DNA of 64,000 nt from an uncultured Desulfosarcina sp. (GCA_963674945.2 CAXXWQ010000004.1:1760001-1824000); one strand, 5' to 3'; numbered from the stretch's first letter, positions 36,089 through 45,248 are shown. Made by a program: numbers and translations. Notes: generated by a model from the sequence alone, not told the origin.

Positions 36089-37372
36089 TTAGATTGCCAT
36101 TACGACATCCGAGGTGATTCTCGTCTCACCCATCTCGAACGCCAGATTCATGGCCCGGGCCACATAGTTGTTCACCAGGAGCGGGTAGGCGTGAGAGATT
36201 TTCTGTTTTCCGTCCCGGCTGGTACTGGTGAGACGCTTTCCAAGTGCTTCGTATGCATCTTCGGAAAAGATGTCGGACGCATTTTTCCCGACTCGTCTGA
36301 ATTTCACGGCCAGATACTCGCCCAAATGCCCGTTAAGCCCCTTGATTTCAGCGATCTGGACGCGCCGGATCACCTCCCGCATGTCCACGTTCGTGCTCTC
36401 GTTGAATGTGTGCTTCAGCTCGGTCTGGCCGATCAGGATGATCCCGAGAAGCTTCCGGTACCCGTCCTCGAGTTCATAGAAGCGTTTCAGGTACTTTAGC
36501 GTGTTCACGTTCAGATCGTGGGCCTCCTCAATGATCAACACCGCCCGGTACCCGGACTTGGCGCGATCCAGTAAAAGCCGCCGGACCTGGCGGCTTTTCG
36601 CCTCCAGTTTCACCATGCATCGCTCGCTGCTGATGTCCTGGATGATGGCGTCGCAGATCGATGCGGCGGTCAAACGGGTCTTATCGATGGTCTGCGGGTA
36701 AATTGTCAGGGTGTCGCCGTCCCGCTTGAGCTGCTCGATCACCTTCCTGCGCATTACGCTTTTTCCGCTTCCGACCTCGCCGATCACGGCGAGGAATCCG
36801 CCGTGCCGGGCCGCATCCAGCATGGCCGCCTCGATGTACCGGTGCTCGTCGCTCATGTAGATATCCGTGTCCTTCTGGATATCGTCCAAAAACGGGTTGC
36901 GAAACAATTTGAAGTGCTTGAGTGCTTCCTGGTTGATCATCTCCACCTCCAAGGTGATGTCGAGTTCAAATGGATTTCCTTTGACCATCGCCGGATTTTT
37001 CTTTGCCATCATGTAGGACATCCTAATCCTGCGGCCGTGTCCGGATGGCTGGACGTGCAGCTTTTCATTCCCGGAAGGACGCCAGATGTCGCCCATCACC
37101 ATGCTTCTGAGCATCAGCCATTCTCTCGCCGCCTGGTTCCCCCCGATGATTTGCTCAACGGTCTTTGTAAAAGTGGGTATGGTTGGTGGGAGATAGCCGC
37201 GATTCAGGGCGAGGCTGATTGTCGGCCGACTGATCTGCATTCCCGTAAGGGATGAGATCGACGTGGACAGCTCTTCCTGGGTGATGTCGCATTCGGCCAT
37301 CAACTGCTTCAGCCATATAGGCTTTGGCGGAAGGTCATTGCCGTAGGTTTTTGGTTTTGTGCAGGTTCTCAT
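36089..37372 (-). CDS. Transposition AAA+ ATPase (MuB-equivalent, ExeA-like) with N-terminal HTH
   Basis: GEVGSGKS Walker A, LIIEEAH Walker B, LIGQTEL; follows transposase. Confidence 0.9.
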   Translation of the reverse strand: MRTCTKPKTYGNDLPPKPIWLKQLMAECDITQEELSTSISSLTGMQISRPTISLALNRGYLPPTIPTFTKTVEQIIGGNQAAREWLMLRSMVMGDIWRPSGNEKLHVQPSGHGRRIRMSYMMAKKNPAMVKGNPFELDITLEVEMINQEALKHFKLFRNPFLDDIQKDTDIYMSDEHRYIEAAMLDAARHGGFLAVIGEVGSGKSVMRRKVIEQLKRDGDTLTIYPQTIDKTRLTAASICDAIIQDISSERCMVKLEAKSRQVRRLLLDRAKSGYRAVLIIEEAHDLNVNTLKYLKRFYELEDGYRKLLGIILIGQTELKHTFNESTNVDMREVIRRVQIAEIKGLNGHLGEYLAVKFRRVGKNASDIFSEDAYEALGKRLTSTSRDGKQKISHAYPLLVNNYVARAMNLAFEMGETRITSDVVMAI

Positions 37373-37389
37373 GTGTGTTCTCCTTTTGG

Positions 37390-39072
37390 TTACATTGCCT
37401 CGGCGACAGGCCCGGCATCCCGCCAGTCATTGCCGTCGGCCATCGCCATGACGATTTCATCCGCCCGCGCTGCAGGTACGCTCCCGCCAAATGTTTTCCG
37501 GAGTTCGGTATTTATTTGCGGTGTTACGCGAACGCCGGCGTCGCGTAGCTTCTTGAATAACTCGACGATGGGAATCTGTTTGATGGCCACGTCCCGGCCG
37601 ACTTCCATAGGTGTTCCGCGCCGCCGCATGGGAACGGCATCCACCTTGTCGCTCTGATGCCCGAACACCTGAAGCGTACCTCCGAACGGCAGGTCGTCTT
37701 TTTTCCTCTCGTCACCGTAGGCCAGGTTCTCGTTTGCCTTCCGGGTCTTGTCCACCAATGTATCCGGGTTGGACTTGTATTCCTGTCCGATGATGGCGCT
37801 GTCCGCCCGGAACCTGCCGATGCCGGGAAGCTCCCCGATGGGCGAAACAAGATATTCCGTGTCATTGAAAACGACTGTCACCTCCGGCCAGTGATACGGA
37901 CGCAGCACAACTTGAACCTTTCTCCCGGGGCGGATTCCTTCGATATGCTTCAGGCGGTATTCCTCCGAACGGAACGTGATGGTGTTGTCCTGGCGAACGG
38001 TTCGTGTTACCTCCGGCTCGGCGTACAGGTCTTGCAGGATTTCATCCGACGGCAGGTCCCGGATCTGGTCCTCTTTGATCGTCAACCAGCAGGCCGTCCG
38101 GGTCATCCTGTGCCGACTGTGAATTTTTTTGTCGTTCCATTCTACGAGCCAGTCTGTCACCCACTCGTTCAACTCCTCGATGGTGGTCGCCGGTTCGAAC
38201 CGCAGCCGCGCCTCGAAGCGTGTTTCCACGATGTTTTGGGCGTTTTCGGCGGATCCCTGGCGCCGTGGGTTGTGGGGCATGTTCTCCGGCATCTCGATTT
38301 CAAGTCGTTTAAGAAGCGCCATGATACCTTTAGCGGTGTTTGCGCTGCCGGCATCCATCAATAGATAGAACGGAACGCCACGAAACGGCGATTTTTCATG
38401 ATGCCCGCCGCGCCACGCCGATGTAAGAAAATCAAAGGTCATCCTCGCGTTTTCGCCGTCTGCGATGTAGTATTTTACGAACAAGTGGTGAGAAAAATGG
38501 TCGGCCAAAACCATACGCCAAATACGGTTTTTGATAGCCTTGTAGTTTTTCGGTTTCTTCTCTCGAAAATCCCGTTGATCCATAAAACCGAGATCTTTCC
38601 CTTTTTTCATGTAATACTGAATGCATGGGGATGCGTCGAAAATATGCACATGGTTTGGATGCAAACTGGCCATACGGATCGATGGCGTTATGCTGTTCAA
38701 GGCCGCAGCGTTCATATCCCGCTCCCTGAGTATGGATTGCATCCTGGCCGCCGATATCCGGCCGGGCTCGATGATGCCGTTGTCCTCGGCGATGGAAAGC
38801 GCCTCCGTAACCGGCAGGATCGTACCCTTCACCTCCCTTGCGGACACCTGGACAAGGGAAGAGACGTACTGGATCTGATGTTCGTCAAGGCGGCACGATC
38901 CGTTGTCGCACCGTTTCTTTCGGCCGCTGGAAAAGCCGTGTTTCCTGGCAATCCGGTACAAGGTCGCCGCGCTCTTTCCGGTAAGGTCCCGGTACTCTGC
39001 GATGATCCGGTCCTTTTCTCCGTTCACCGCCCGGTTCAGGCGGCAGGTCATCTCCCGCGCCCATTCCATCAT
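37390..39072 (-). CDS. DDE transposase (MuA-equivalent, integrase-like core)
   Basis: HPNHVHIFDAS, LLMDAGSAN, NPRRQGSAE; paired with ATPase. Confidence 0.9.
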   Translation of the reverse strand: MMEWAREMTCRLNRAVNGEKDRIIAEYRDLTGKSAATLYRIARKHGFSSGRKKRCDNGSCRLDEHQIQYVSSLVQVSAREVKGTILPVTEALSIAEDNGIIEPGRISAARMQSILRERDMNAAALNSITPSIRMASLHPNHVHIFDASPCIQYYMKKGKDLGFMDQRDFREKKPKNYKAIKNRIWRMVLADHFSHHLFVKYYIADGENARMTFDFLTSAWRGGHHEKSPFRGVPFYLLMDAGSANTAKGIMALLKRLEIEMPENMPHNPRRQGSAENAQNIVETRFEARLRFEPATTIEELNEWVTDWLVEWNDKKIHSRHRMTRTACWLTIKEDQIRDLPSDEILQDLYAEPEVTRTVRQDNTITFRSEEYRLKHIEGIRPGRKVQVVLRPYHWPEVTVVFNDTEYLVSPIGELPGIGRFRADSAIIGQEYKSNPDTLVDKTRKANENLAYGDERKKDDLPFGGTLQVFGHQSDKVDAVPMRRRGTPMEVGRDVAIKQIPIVELFKKLRDAGVRVTPQINTELRKTFGGSVPAARADEIVMAMADGNDWRDAGPVAEAM

Positions 39073-40025
39073 TACGCCTCCGCCGCTTCGTCCGTCCTTG
39101 CCCGTAAATGCGGAGGAATCCAGTCGTCATCGATCTCCGGGTCTCCATACATCTCCGACGCGGTATCATAGGTCGCATCGACGACGCGTTTGAAGTAATC
39201 CAGGGTGTGCATCAGTTTGGCGCGCATCCGCACGGTGGCATTTTCCGGAAGCGGGTTTTTTTCAGGGTCGTATTTCATGAAAAACCCGTCGATGATGGTA
39301 CGGGAATTATCCAGATCTTGGCAGATCGCATCTTCCTCTGCGGTAAGACCCTTTGCCTCGGCCCTGCCTTCCAGAACGGCAAGCTCTTTTGCCTGCCGGT
39401 TCAAGACCTTCTCCTTATCTTTCAGGACCTTGTCTTTTGCAGCGATGGTCGCCGTTTTCTCCTCGATTTCCTTGTTTTTTGCCTCCAGGAGGGATTCGAT
39501 GGCAGCTTGCAGGTCTTCTGCATAATCGGATGCGAGAGGGATGCGCTCTTCACCGATGGTAACGAACTCGGCATCGATGACGACGTCGCCTTTGTTGGCA
39601 ATCTGGCGGAGCTTGCGGAGCTCGCGGTAGCCGACTGATAATTGGCAACACGTTTCCAAAAATTCCTCGCCGAAAACTCCAAGATTTAAAAGATCCTCAT
39701 CAACCTTCCTTCTTGATAACCCTATGTATTCACAGAACTTATCCCATGTTCCAACAGAAGGAAGATCCCGATAAATTTTCGACTCCTTAACTTGTTTGAG
39801 GTACACCAAACTGGCAACGTTTCCGAATTTCGCCATCAGATTGTTGGCCTGAACACGACCGATCACCTCATGGCATTGGGCTATCATCTCTTCACGCTGC
39901 CGCTGATCTTCTCTTTTCAGACGCTCTTTCTCCACTTCAATTTCAACAACTGATTGCGCGGCCGCATGATCCGCAGCCACCCGCTCTTTTCCGGCTATCT
40001 TGTCGATAACGCTTTTTTTCGCCAT
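39072..40025 (-). CDS. Early protein with HTH-like core and coiled coil (DUF3102-like position)
   Basis: TWDKFCEYIGLSRRKVDE, GYRELRKLRQ; coupled to transposase. Confidence 0.7.
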   Translation of the reverse strand: MAKKSVIDKIAGKERVAADHAAAQSVVEIEVEKERLKREDQRQREEMIAQCHEVIGRVQANNLMAKFGNVASLVYLKQVKESKIYRDLPSVGTWDKFCEYIGLSRRKVDEDLLNLGVFGEEFLETCCQLSVGYRELRKLRQIANKGDVVIDAEFVTIGEERIPLASDYAEDLQAAIESLLEAKNKEIEEKTATIAAKDKVLKDKEKVLNRQAKELAVLEGRAEAKGLTAEEDAICQDLDNSRTIIDGFFMKYDPEKNPLPENATVRMRAKLMHTLDYFKRVVDATYDTASEMYGDPEIDDDWIPPHLRARTDEAAEA

Positions 40026-40034
40026 ATACGCCTC

Positions 40035-40325
40035 CTATTCGCCAAGTTCCGACAATGTCTTGTCGATATGATTTCTCGCTGAAAGCAGCCTGGATCTTCG
40101 CCTTGCCCACAAAAGGGCCATGCCATCGCCGAGTTCCCAGTGTTCTCCGATCCGTCGGACGATTCCGGCATCCTCGAGGGTGACCAGGTGGCACATGCAT
40201 GTGCCGTACTGCATCTCAAGCGCCTCCGCCGCATCTGCCCCGGATACCGGTTCTCGCTTATCCGACAGGTACTTGATAATCGCCACGGCCGTCTTTACTG
40301 CGTTGATCCGTTTGTAGGTTCTCAT
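40035..40325 (-). CDS. IclR-like winged HTH protein
   Basis: INAVKTA..II.YL, A.ALEM..GT...HL.TL...G.V. Confidence 0.75.
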   Translation of the reverse strand: MRTYKRINAVKTAVAIIKYLSDKREPVSGADAAEALEMQYGTCMCHLVTLEDAGIVRRIGEHWELGDGMALLWARRRSRLLSARNHIDKTLSELGE

Positions 40326-40333
40326 TTGGTTGC

Positions 40334-40867
40334 CTATCGTTTTCCCAATTCTCGTTTCAGACGCCTCATCTCGGAAATGCTCTCTTCCAGCTTGCCAAGC
40401 GTCATCTGTCTCAGTTCCGCACCGGTCGCCACCTTTGCGCCCTCGTAACCGACGATTGTCTCGGCAGGATACATGAGTCCGGTGATGCTCTGGATTGCCA
40501 CCAGGAGGTAGGCCGGTATGGGATAATCGTTTGGTTTGGAAAGGTAGTTGTTGAGCATATGGATGGTCATTGGATTTCGGCAGGTGGGCGGCTCGGCAGC
40601 CACCTCTTCCTCGCAACGACCGAAAAAGCGGTTGATTTCATCCACCAGTTGGTCCCTGGAACCTCCCCACTCGCGGACCGCTCGCTTGGCTGCCGCCGCG
40701 ATCTCGACCCCCACTTCGAATTCGTTTTCGAATTCTGCGGTAGGAGGTCCCTTTTCAATTGCATCCTCTATCTGAATCTTGGTTTCGATATAGCGGTCGA
40801 CTCGCTGGCCGAATTCGAAATCGAACTGCATCTGATTGGTGTCTATTTTTTGTGATCGTCTAGACAT
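40334..40867 (-). CDS. Putative phage regulatory protein
   Basis: 177 aa, MLNNYLS...YPIPA; conserved in copy 2. Confidence 0.7.
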   Translation of the reverse strand: MSRRSQKIDTNQMQFDFEFGQRVDRYIETKIQIEDAIEKGPPTAEFENEFEVGVEIAAAAKRAVREWGGSRDQLVDEINRFFGRCEEEVAAEPPTCRNPMTIHMLNNYLSKPNDYPIPAYLLVAIQSITGLMYPAETIVGYEGAKVATGAELRQMTLGKLEESISEMRRLKRELGKR

Positions 40868-40942
40868 TGACCGCTCCGTGCATTCTTTTTAAGTATTGGT
40901 CATCAAACATATTTTGATACTCAGTCCTTTGGGAGGCACACT

Positions 40943-41155
40943 ATGAGTTACGTGATGATCTGTTCGTCTTCGGATTGCGATTTTCATGTAAAAAACAGCA
41001 CCAAGGAGGGAATTGAACGGTATTGCACCAAATGCGGGTCTGAAAATCTTTGGAAATGCCCGCATTGCGAGCGTCCGTTTCGCAGGGTAGAGACCCTTTT
41101 CTGTTTTGATTGTGGCAAACATATCAAGCCCCTGCCAGAGCAAGAGGGTCTTTAG
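40943..41155 (+). CDS. Double zinc-ribbon protein
   Basis: GGAGG RBS; four Cys pairs; conserved in copy 2. Confidence 0.7.
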   Translation: MSYVMICSSSDCDFHVKNSTKEGIERYCTKCGSENLWKCPHCERPFRRVETLFCFDCGKHIKPLPEQEGL

Positions 41156-41333
41156 CGCCGCATACCTCACAGAAGTTGTATGTATTGAACATTAGAAGCT
41201 CACGCCGTCCGCAGCATGGAAAAACGGTTTGAAGCGGCCTGAGATCATGGCCGCATTCCTTGCAGAAGTTGTCGGTGGGTGAGAGTCGGTCGGATCCGCA
41301 TTTTGGGCACAAAAGGATGGTTCGAATCGGCAT
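41124..41333 (-). CDS. Double zinc-ribbon protein
   Basis: AAGGAG RBS; CPKC, CKEC, CC, CEVC; conserved in copy 2. Confidence 0.7.
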   Translation of the reverse strand: MPIRTILLCPKCGSDRLSPTDNFCKECGHDLRPLQTVFPCCGRRELLMFNTYNFCEVCGAKDPLALAGA

Positions 41334-41386
41334 AAATGGTTCTCCTTATTGATTTTAATTTGACTTATTGATAAGCCTTATAAGAC

Positions 41387-41650
41387 TCATGCCGCACAAG
41401 AAGACGGTTCATACAGTCGGGGACGCCGGCGTTTGCCCTTGAAATACCAGGCAAAGACCTTTTCCGGCGGTAGATTGATCTCCTTGGAGATGGCCCGCAT
41501 GAGCGGTTTTGACACCAGGCGGAAGTTGATCACATCGGAGATGGCCATCTGGGACTTTCCGTATTTTTCGGCCAGCTCCTTCTGAGTGATCCCCTTCTTT
41601 TTTAAAAGGTACTGGATGTCGATTGGGGTAATGGGTTCCGTGATGGTCAT
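41387..41650 (-). CDS. Ner/Cro-like HTH regulator
   Basis: DIQYLLKKKGITQKELA...S..AIS; divergent from repressor. Confidence 0.8.
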   Translation of the reverse strand: MTITEPITPIDIQYLLKKKGITQKELAEKYGKSQMAISDVINFRLVSKPLMRAISKEINLPPEKVFAWYFKGKRRRPRLYEPSSCAA

Positions 41651-41747
41651 AACAACAGCCTCCTACTTAAGTTTAAAAACGAGACTCGATCTCGCTATCT
41701 TATTGATTTTGTATTGCTTTTTGATCGGAAAAGTATGCTTTGCTCCT

Positions 41748-41978
41748 TTATTTTTGTTCCAGGCGCCACAATGCGAAAAGACTCGTCGGTAGCGCCATCA
41801 GTTGATAAAGGTACTCGATGGTTGCACCGGTTAATTGGCCACCGCTAAAAGCGGCGCCATTGAAAATATAGGTAAAATCGATATGTGAAAGTGAGTGTAT
41901 AAACCAGGCGGCCACGCAGAGGCGAAGCAGGCTGATAAGGGTTCGCTTGGAGAAAACGGGTCGCTTTCGTTGTTTCAT
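41748..41978 (-). CDS. Small membrane protein
   Basis: Two hydrophobic segments; frame kept in diverged copy 2. Confidence 0.6.
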   Translation of the reverse strand: MKQRKRPVFSKRTLISLLRLCVAAWFIHSLSHIDFTYIFNGAAFSGGQLTGATIEYLYQLMALPTSLFALWRLEQK

Positions 41979-41994
41979 AATAGGATCCCCCGCT

Positions 41995-42174
41995 TTATTT
42001 GGTCCTGATAGAAAAGGTCACGGTGGATCTGAACCGTGGGTGGGTGTCATCCATAATATTGAACAGGTACATGAGTCTGCCGACGGTGTGCCGTTCATCC
42101 CATACCCCAACGAACTCGAGGAACTGAGGGGCGACATTGTTGAGGCGGGCTGCGTTATTTAAAATGGTTTGCAT
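41995..42174 (-). CDS. Small hypothetical protein (59 aa, not in ORF track)
   Basis: GAGGT RBS; MQTILNNAARL...; same length in copy 2 with mostly synonymous changes. Confidence 0.6.
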   Translation of the reverse strand: MQTILNNAARLNNVAPQFLEFVGVWDERHTVGRLMYLFNIMDDTHPRFRSTVTFSIRTK

Positions 42175-42255
42175 GGTCGACCTCGTGTTTTCCCTTATGT
42201 AATTTCTAATTTTTAGTGTTTTATAGATAAGACTTATAGTTGAGGAAACGAAACT

Positions 42256-42837
42256 TTGTCAAGAAAAAAGGTTGATATATCGAAACTTGATTTAGAAAAA
42301 ATCGGTGGGAGGGTCGCCTATGTTAGGCTTAAAAGCGGCCTAAGTATGAACGATTTTGGAAATATTGTTGGTTTGTCAAAAGGTAATATCAGTAGATTAG
42401 AAAATCACTCGTATGATCCATCGTATAAAAGCATAGTTGAGATATGTAAAAATTTTAAAGTTAATCCAAGCTGGCTACTATTAAATATAGGTGAGCCCGA
42501 TGATGAAACACATATTGAAATTGAACCAGTAACAACACCAAGTAATGAGACTGAATTCGAGCATATGGCGTTGGTTAAAACATTTAAAAACAAAGAGTTA
42601 GCGAAGGAGTTAAACATAATCCTCAAGGAAATAGAGGATCTGGATAGCGATCACCTCAGGGAGGTTAAAGGGATCTTGCGATCAGAGTTATCCATGCTGA
42701 GATTAACCAGCCAATCCTATACCGGGGAAGATCGTCGTAAAGTTCAGCGCAGGAAGGCCGATAATGGCGTTATACCAGGGGGGACAGAACGCCGCAGCGG
42801 GGAAGACCGCCGGAAGGCCTCGGGCGGCGATCATTAA
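42256..42837 (+). CDS. Prophage repressor (XRE HTH) with Arg-rich DRR/ERR tail
   Basis: HTH GLSMNDFGNIVGLSKGNISRLE, VNPSWLL; divergent from early operon. Confidence 0.8.
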   Translation: MSRKKVDISKLDLEKIGGRVAYVRLKSGLSMNDFGNIVGLSKGNISRLENHSYDPSYKSIVEICKNFKVNPSWLLLNIGEPDDETHIEIEPVTTPSNETEFEHMALVKTFKNKELAKELNIILKEIEDLDSDHLREVKGILRSELSMLRLTSQSYTGEDRRKVQRRKADNGVIPGGTERRSGEDRRKASGGDH

Positions 42838-43064
42838 CGGAATGTGACAGGAGCGGTCCCTGGCCATGTCCATATAAAGATGTGTGCGAACGCGGTAATA
42901 TGTTTTGTATCTGGAGTGAAAAATGTAATTGCCCTGAGCGCCTGGCGGCAAGTTGATTACACCGGAGGATTGTTTTGGAAAAGGAAGCCGGGATAAAGAA
43001 TTGACACCAATATATAAAGGGGACGATCAGATCCGCCGAAAGTTGATGCTGAGAAAGGAAATAC

Positions 43065-43604
43065 ATGCCTGTTGAAAAAGCCCGAGGCGACAGAGGGTCA
43101 ACCAAATATCCTGGTGAAAAAGAAAAGGCGATTGCATTCGTAAAAGCCGATCCGGATGCCAAAGGTAAAAAAATCAAAGATATTTTAGGATTGAAGGCCT
43201 CCGGCAACCTGATCAACACCTGGCTCCGCGATCACAAACGCAAACCCCAAAGCCAACAACCCCAACCTAAAACTGAAGAAAGAAACGATCCACCAAAAAA
43301 CAATAACGCCTTGGAGCAAAATCTGTTTTGCAGTTTTTGCGGGAAGAGCCAGTTTGAGGTGCATAAGCTAATTGCCGGCCCGGCAGTCTATATCTGCGAC
43401 GAATGCATCCAGCTTTGCTCGGAAATTATCGATGAGGCATCGGATGATGAATTTTTGGAAAAGCATAGAGCGGAGGATTTCATCCGGAACATTAGGTATA
43501 TCGAAAAAAATAGCATCATCGCATTCGAAAACACATGCGCCTATATAAAAGGTGTGGTGGATTGCCTGGATAGGTTTAAAAGCTCGAAACACCGAAAAAG
43601 ATGA
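43065..43604 (+). CDS. Protein containing a ClpX C4-type zinc-binding domain
   Basis: [35 protein letters not shown]; no AAA domain. Confidence 0.85.
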   Translation: MPVEKARGDRGSTKYPGEKEKAIAFVKADPDAKGKKIKDILGLKASGNLINTWLRDHKRKPQSQQPQPKTEERNDPPKNNNALEQNLFCSFCGKSQFEVHKLIAGPAVYICDECIQLCSEIIDEASDDEFLEKHRAEDFIRNIRYIEKNSIIAFENTCAYIKGVVDCLDRFKSSKHRKR

Positions 43605-43778
43605 AGCCAAAAAATAAAAAATAGCGTTTTGTTTGGCCGCGGCCAGATTTAAAAACCTGCAACACCACTTTTTGCTCCACCACTGCATTTTTCCACGCAG
43701 CGCTCCAGAACCACCAGATCCAGAACAACGTTTAACCAGGTAATTCGTTAATTATTCATTGGATAAGGAGGTTGGGGT

Positions 43779-44378
43779 ATGCCAAGGTTATCATTGACAG
43801 ATTTCATCGCAGTGGTTTCAAAAAGCGGCACTTCAAAGGCCAACGAAGTTCGAAAGATTAAAAACAGACCAAAGTATAATCCAGCCTTCGATTTCTACAA
43901 AAAGATTAGAGATGAAATAATCGATGTTCACAAAAACGAACGCACAAAAAAGGCATTAGATTCTTGCCTGAAAAACATCACCGATAAAAAGAAACAGACT
44001 CTATACCCTTCAATCATATCGGATTATAAAAAATGGTGGGGAAGGAAAAACATAACCTGGCTTGAACCACCTTCAGATCTTTTTTCCAGTAATGGAGTTG
44101 ATATTAACGTTAAACCGGATTTGGGATTGAATATTAATGATGCACCACATCTAATCAAACTGTATTTCAAAACGGATCCAATCTCCAAAAGGCAAATTGA
44201 CATCATTACTCATTTAATGACGATAACGCTCATAGGTAAATCCCCAAAAGGGACTACGATGGCCGTGCTCGACATCAGGAAAAACAAGCTCATTTCTCCA
44301 ACAGTTAAAATTAATGGCCTTTCTGAAATGATTCAAGCTGAGATGGCTTACATATCCGCATTATGGGACACATTGTAA
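43779..44378 (+). CDS. Hypothetical basic protein (AT-rich accessory gene)
   Basis: AAGGAGG RBS, 199 aa. Confidence 0.75.
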   Translation: MPRLSLTDFIAVVSKSGTSKANEVRKIKNRPKYNPAFDFYKKIRDEIIDVHKNERTKKALDSCLKNITDKKKQTLYPSIISDYKKWWGRKNITWLEPPSDLFSSNGVDINVKPDLGLNINDAPHLIKLYFKTDPISKRQIDIITHLMTITLIGKSPKGTTMAVLDIRKNKLISPTVKINGLSEMIQAEMAYISALWDTL

Positions 44379-44425
44379 TAATAGAAATTTTTTACTTTTT
44401 ACCATTATTTCATATAGGGTGAACT

Positions 44426-44674
44426 ATGGCTTTATTCTTCCTTAGCTATGACCTCAGAAATAACCGTGATTATCAGTCGCTATACGATGAACTGAACAAT
44501 TTTAATGCTGTGCGAATACTCGAATCGATGTGGTGTTTTAACAGAGTTAATACAAATGCTAAAAATTTACGTGATTATTTTAAAAATTACATCGATTCGG
44601 ACGACGGTATAGCTGTTTCCGAAGTCAATGACTGGGCAACCTATAAGGCACTGAAAACACCAAATGATCTGTAG
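44426..44674 (+). CDS. Small Cas2/VapD-fold-like protein
   Basis: N-terminal FLSYDL, then DY..LY, LESMW. Confidence 0.6.
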   Translation: MALFFLSYDLRNNRDYQSLYDELNNFNAVRILESMWCFNRVNTNAKNLRDYFKNYIDSDDGIAVSEVNDWATYKALKTPNDL

Positions 44675-44801
44675 AACTTGTTATGAAAAACCAGAAGGAG
44701 GAATACAATTTGTTCAGTACGTCCGCTGAGCCAACCGCGTGTAACTACGATGAATGCGTTTGTCTCTGAGCCATATCATTCATAAGTAAGGGGGTTTTCA
44801 A

Positions 44802-45095
44802 ATGAAACCGCTGTCAATTGAAATCATACCAGCACAACCGGGATTTTTAACTGTTTGGGATTTTAAAGACCGAAAAGAGATTGCCACTGGAGAGCCGGTC
44901 ATTGCTTGGCGAATTGAAACATATAGTAAAAAGGATGCCGATGAGGTGTTCTCTTCATGTTCTGCCCTTACCGCCGACGGTGAGCTTGCGGTTAACTGTA
45001 TTGGCGTCCAGAACCCTGATATGACGATAACAGTATTCGATGAAGGATTATTTAGTTCAGTAGAGGAACTTCAGACAGCACGTTACGAAAAATAG
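44802..45095 (+). CDS. Hypothetical protein
   Basis: 97 aa; IIPAQPG, PVIAWRI. Confidence 0.65.
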   Translation: MKPLSIEIIPAQPGFLTVWDFKDRKEIATGEPVIAWRIETYSKKDADEVFSSCSALTADGELAVNCIGVQNPDMTITVFDEGLFSSVEELQTARYEK

Positions 45096-45248
45096 CTATT
45101 CTTTGAAAATAAAAACTGTTCGTGTAATATCCTTGAAATAATACATTTGTTACTGCCGGCCCTGCGAAAATTTACCGGCCACGTTCACCACACCCCATCG
45201 GACTTTTTGGCTATCATTAACTCTCAGAATATTCGTGCAGGAGGGATC

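Noticed and set aside
43065..43604. clpX gene or pseudogene
   Set aside because: Only the zinc domain is present, embedded in unrelated sequence and conserved intact in both phages.
44426..44674. CRISPR-Cas locus suggested by Cas2-like ORF
   Set aside because: No cas1, other cas genes or repeat-spacer array seen in the window.
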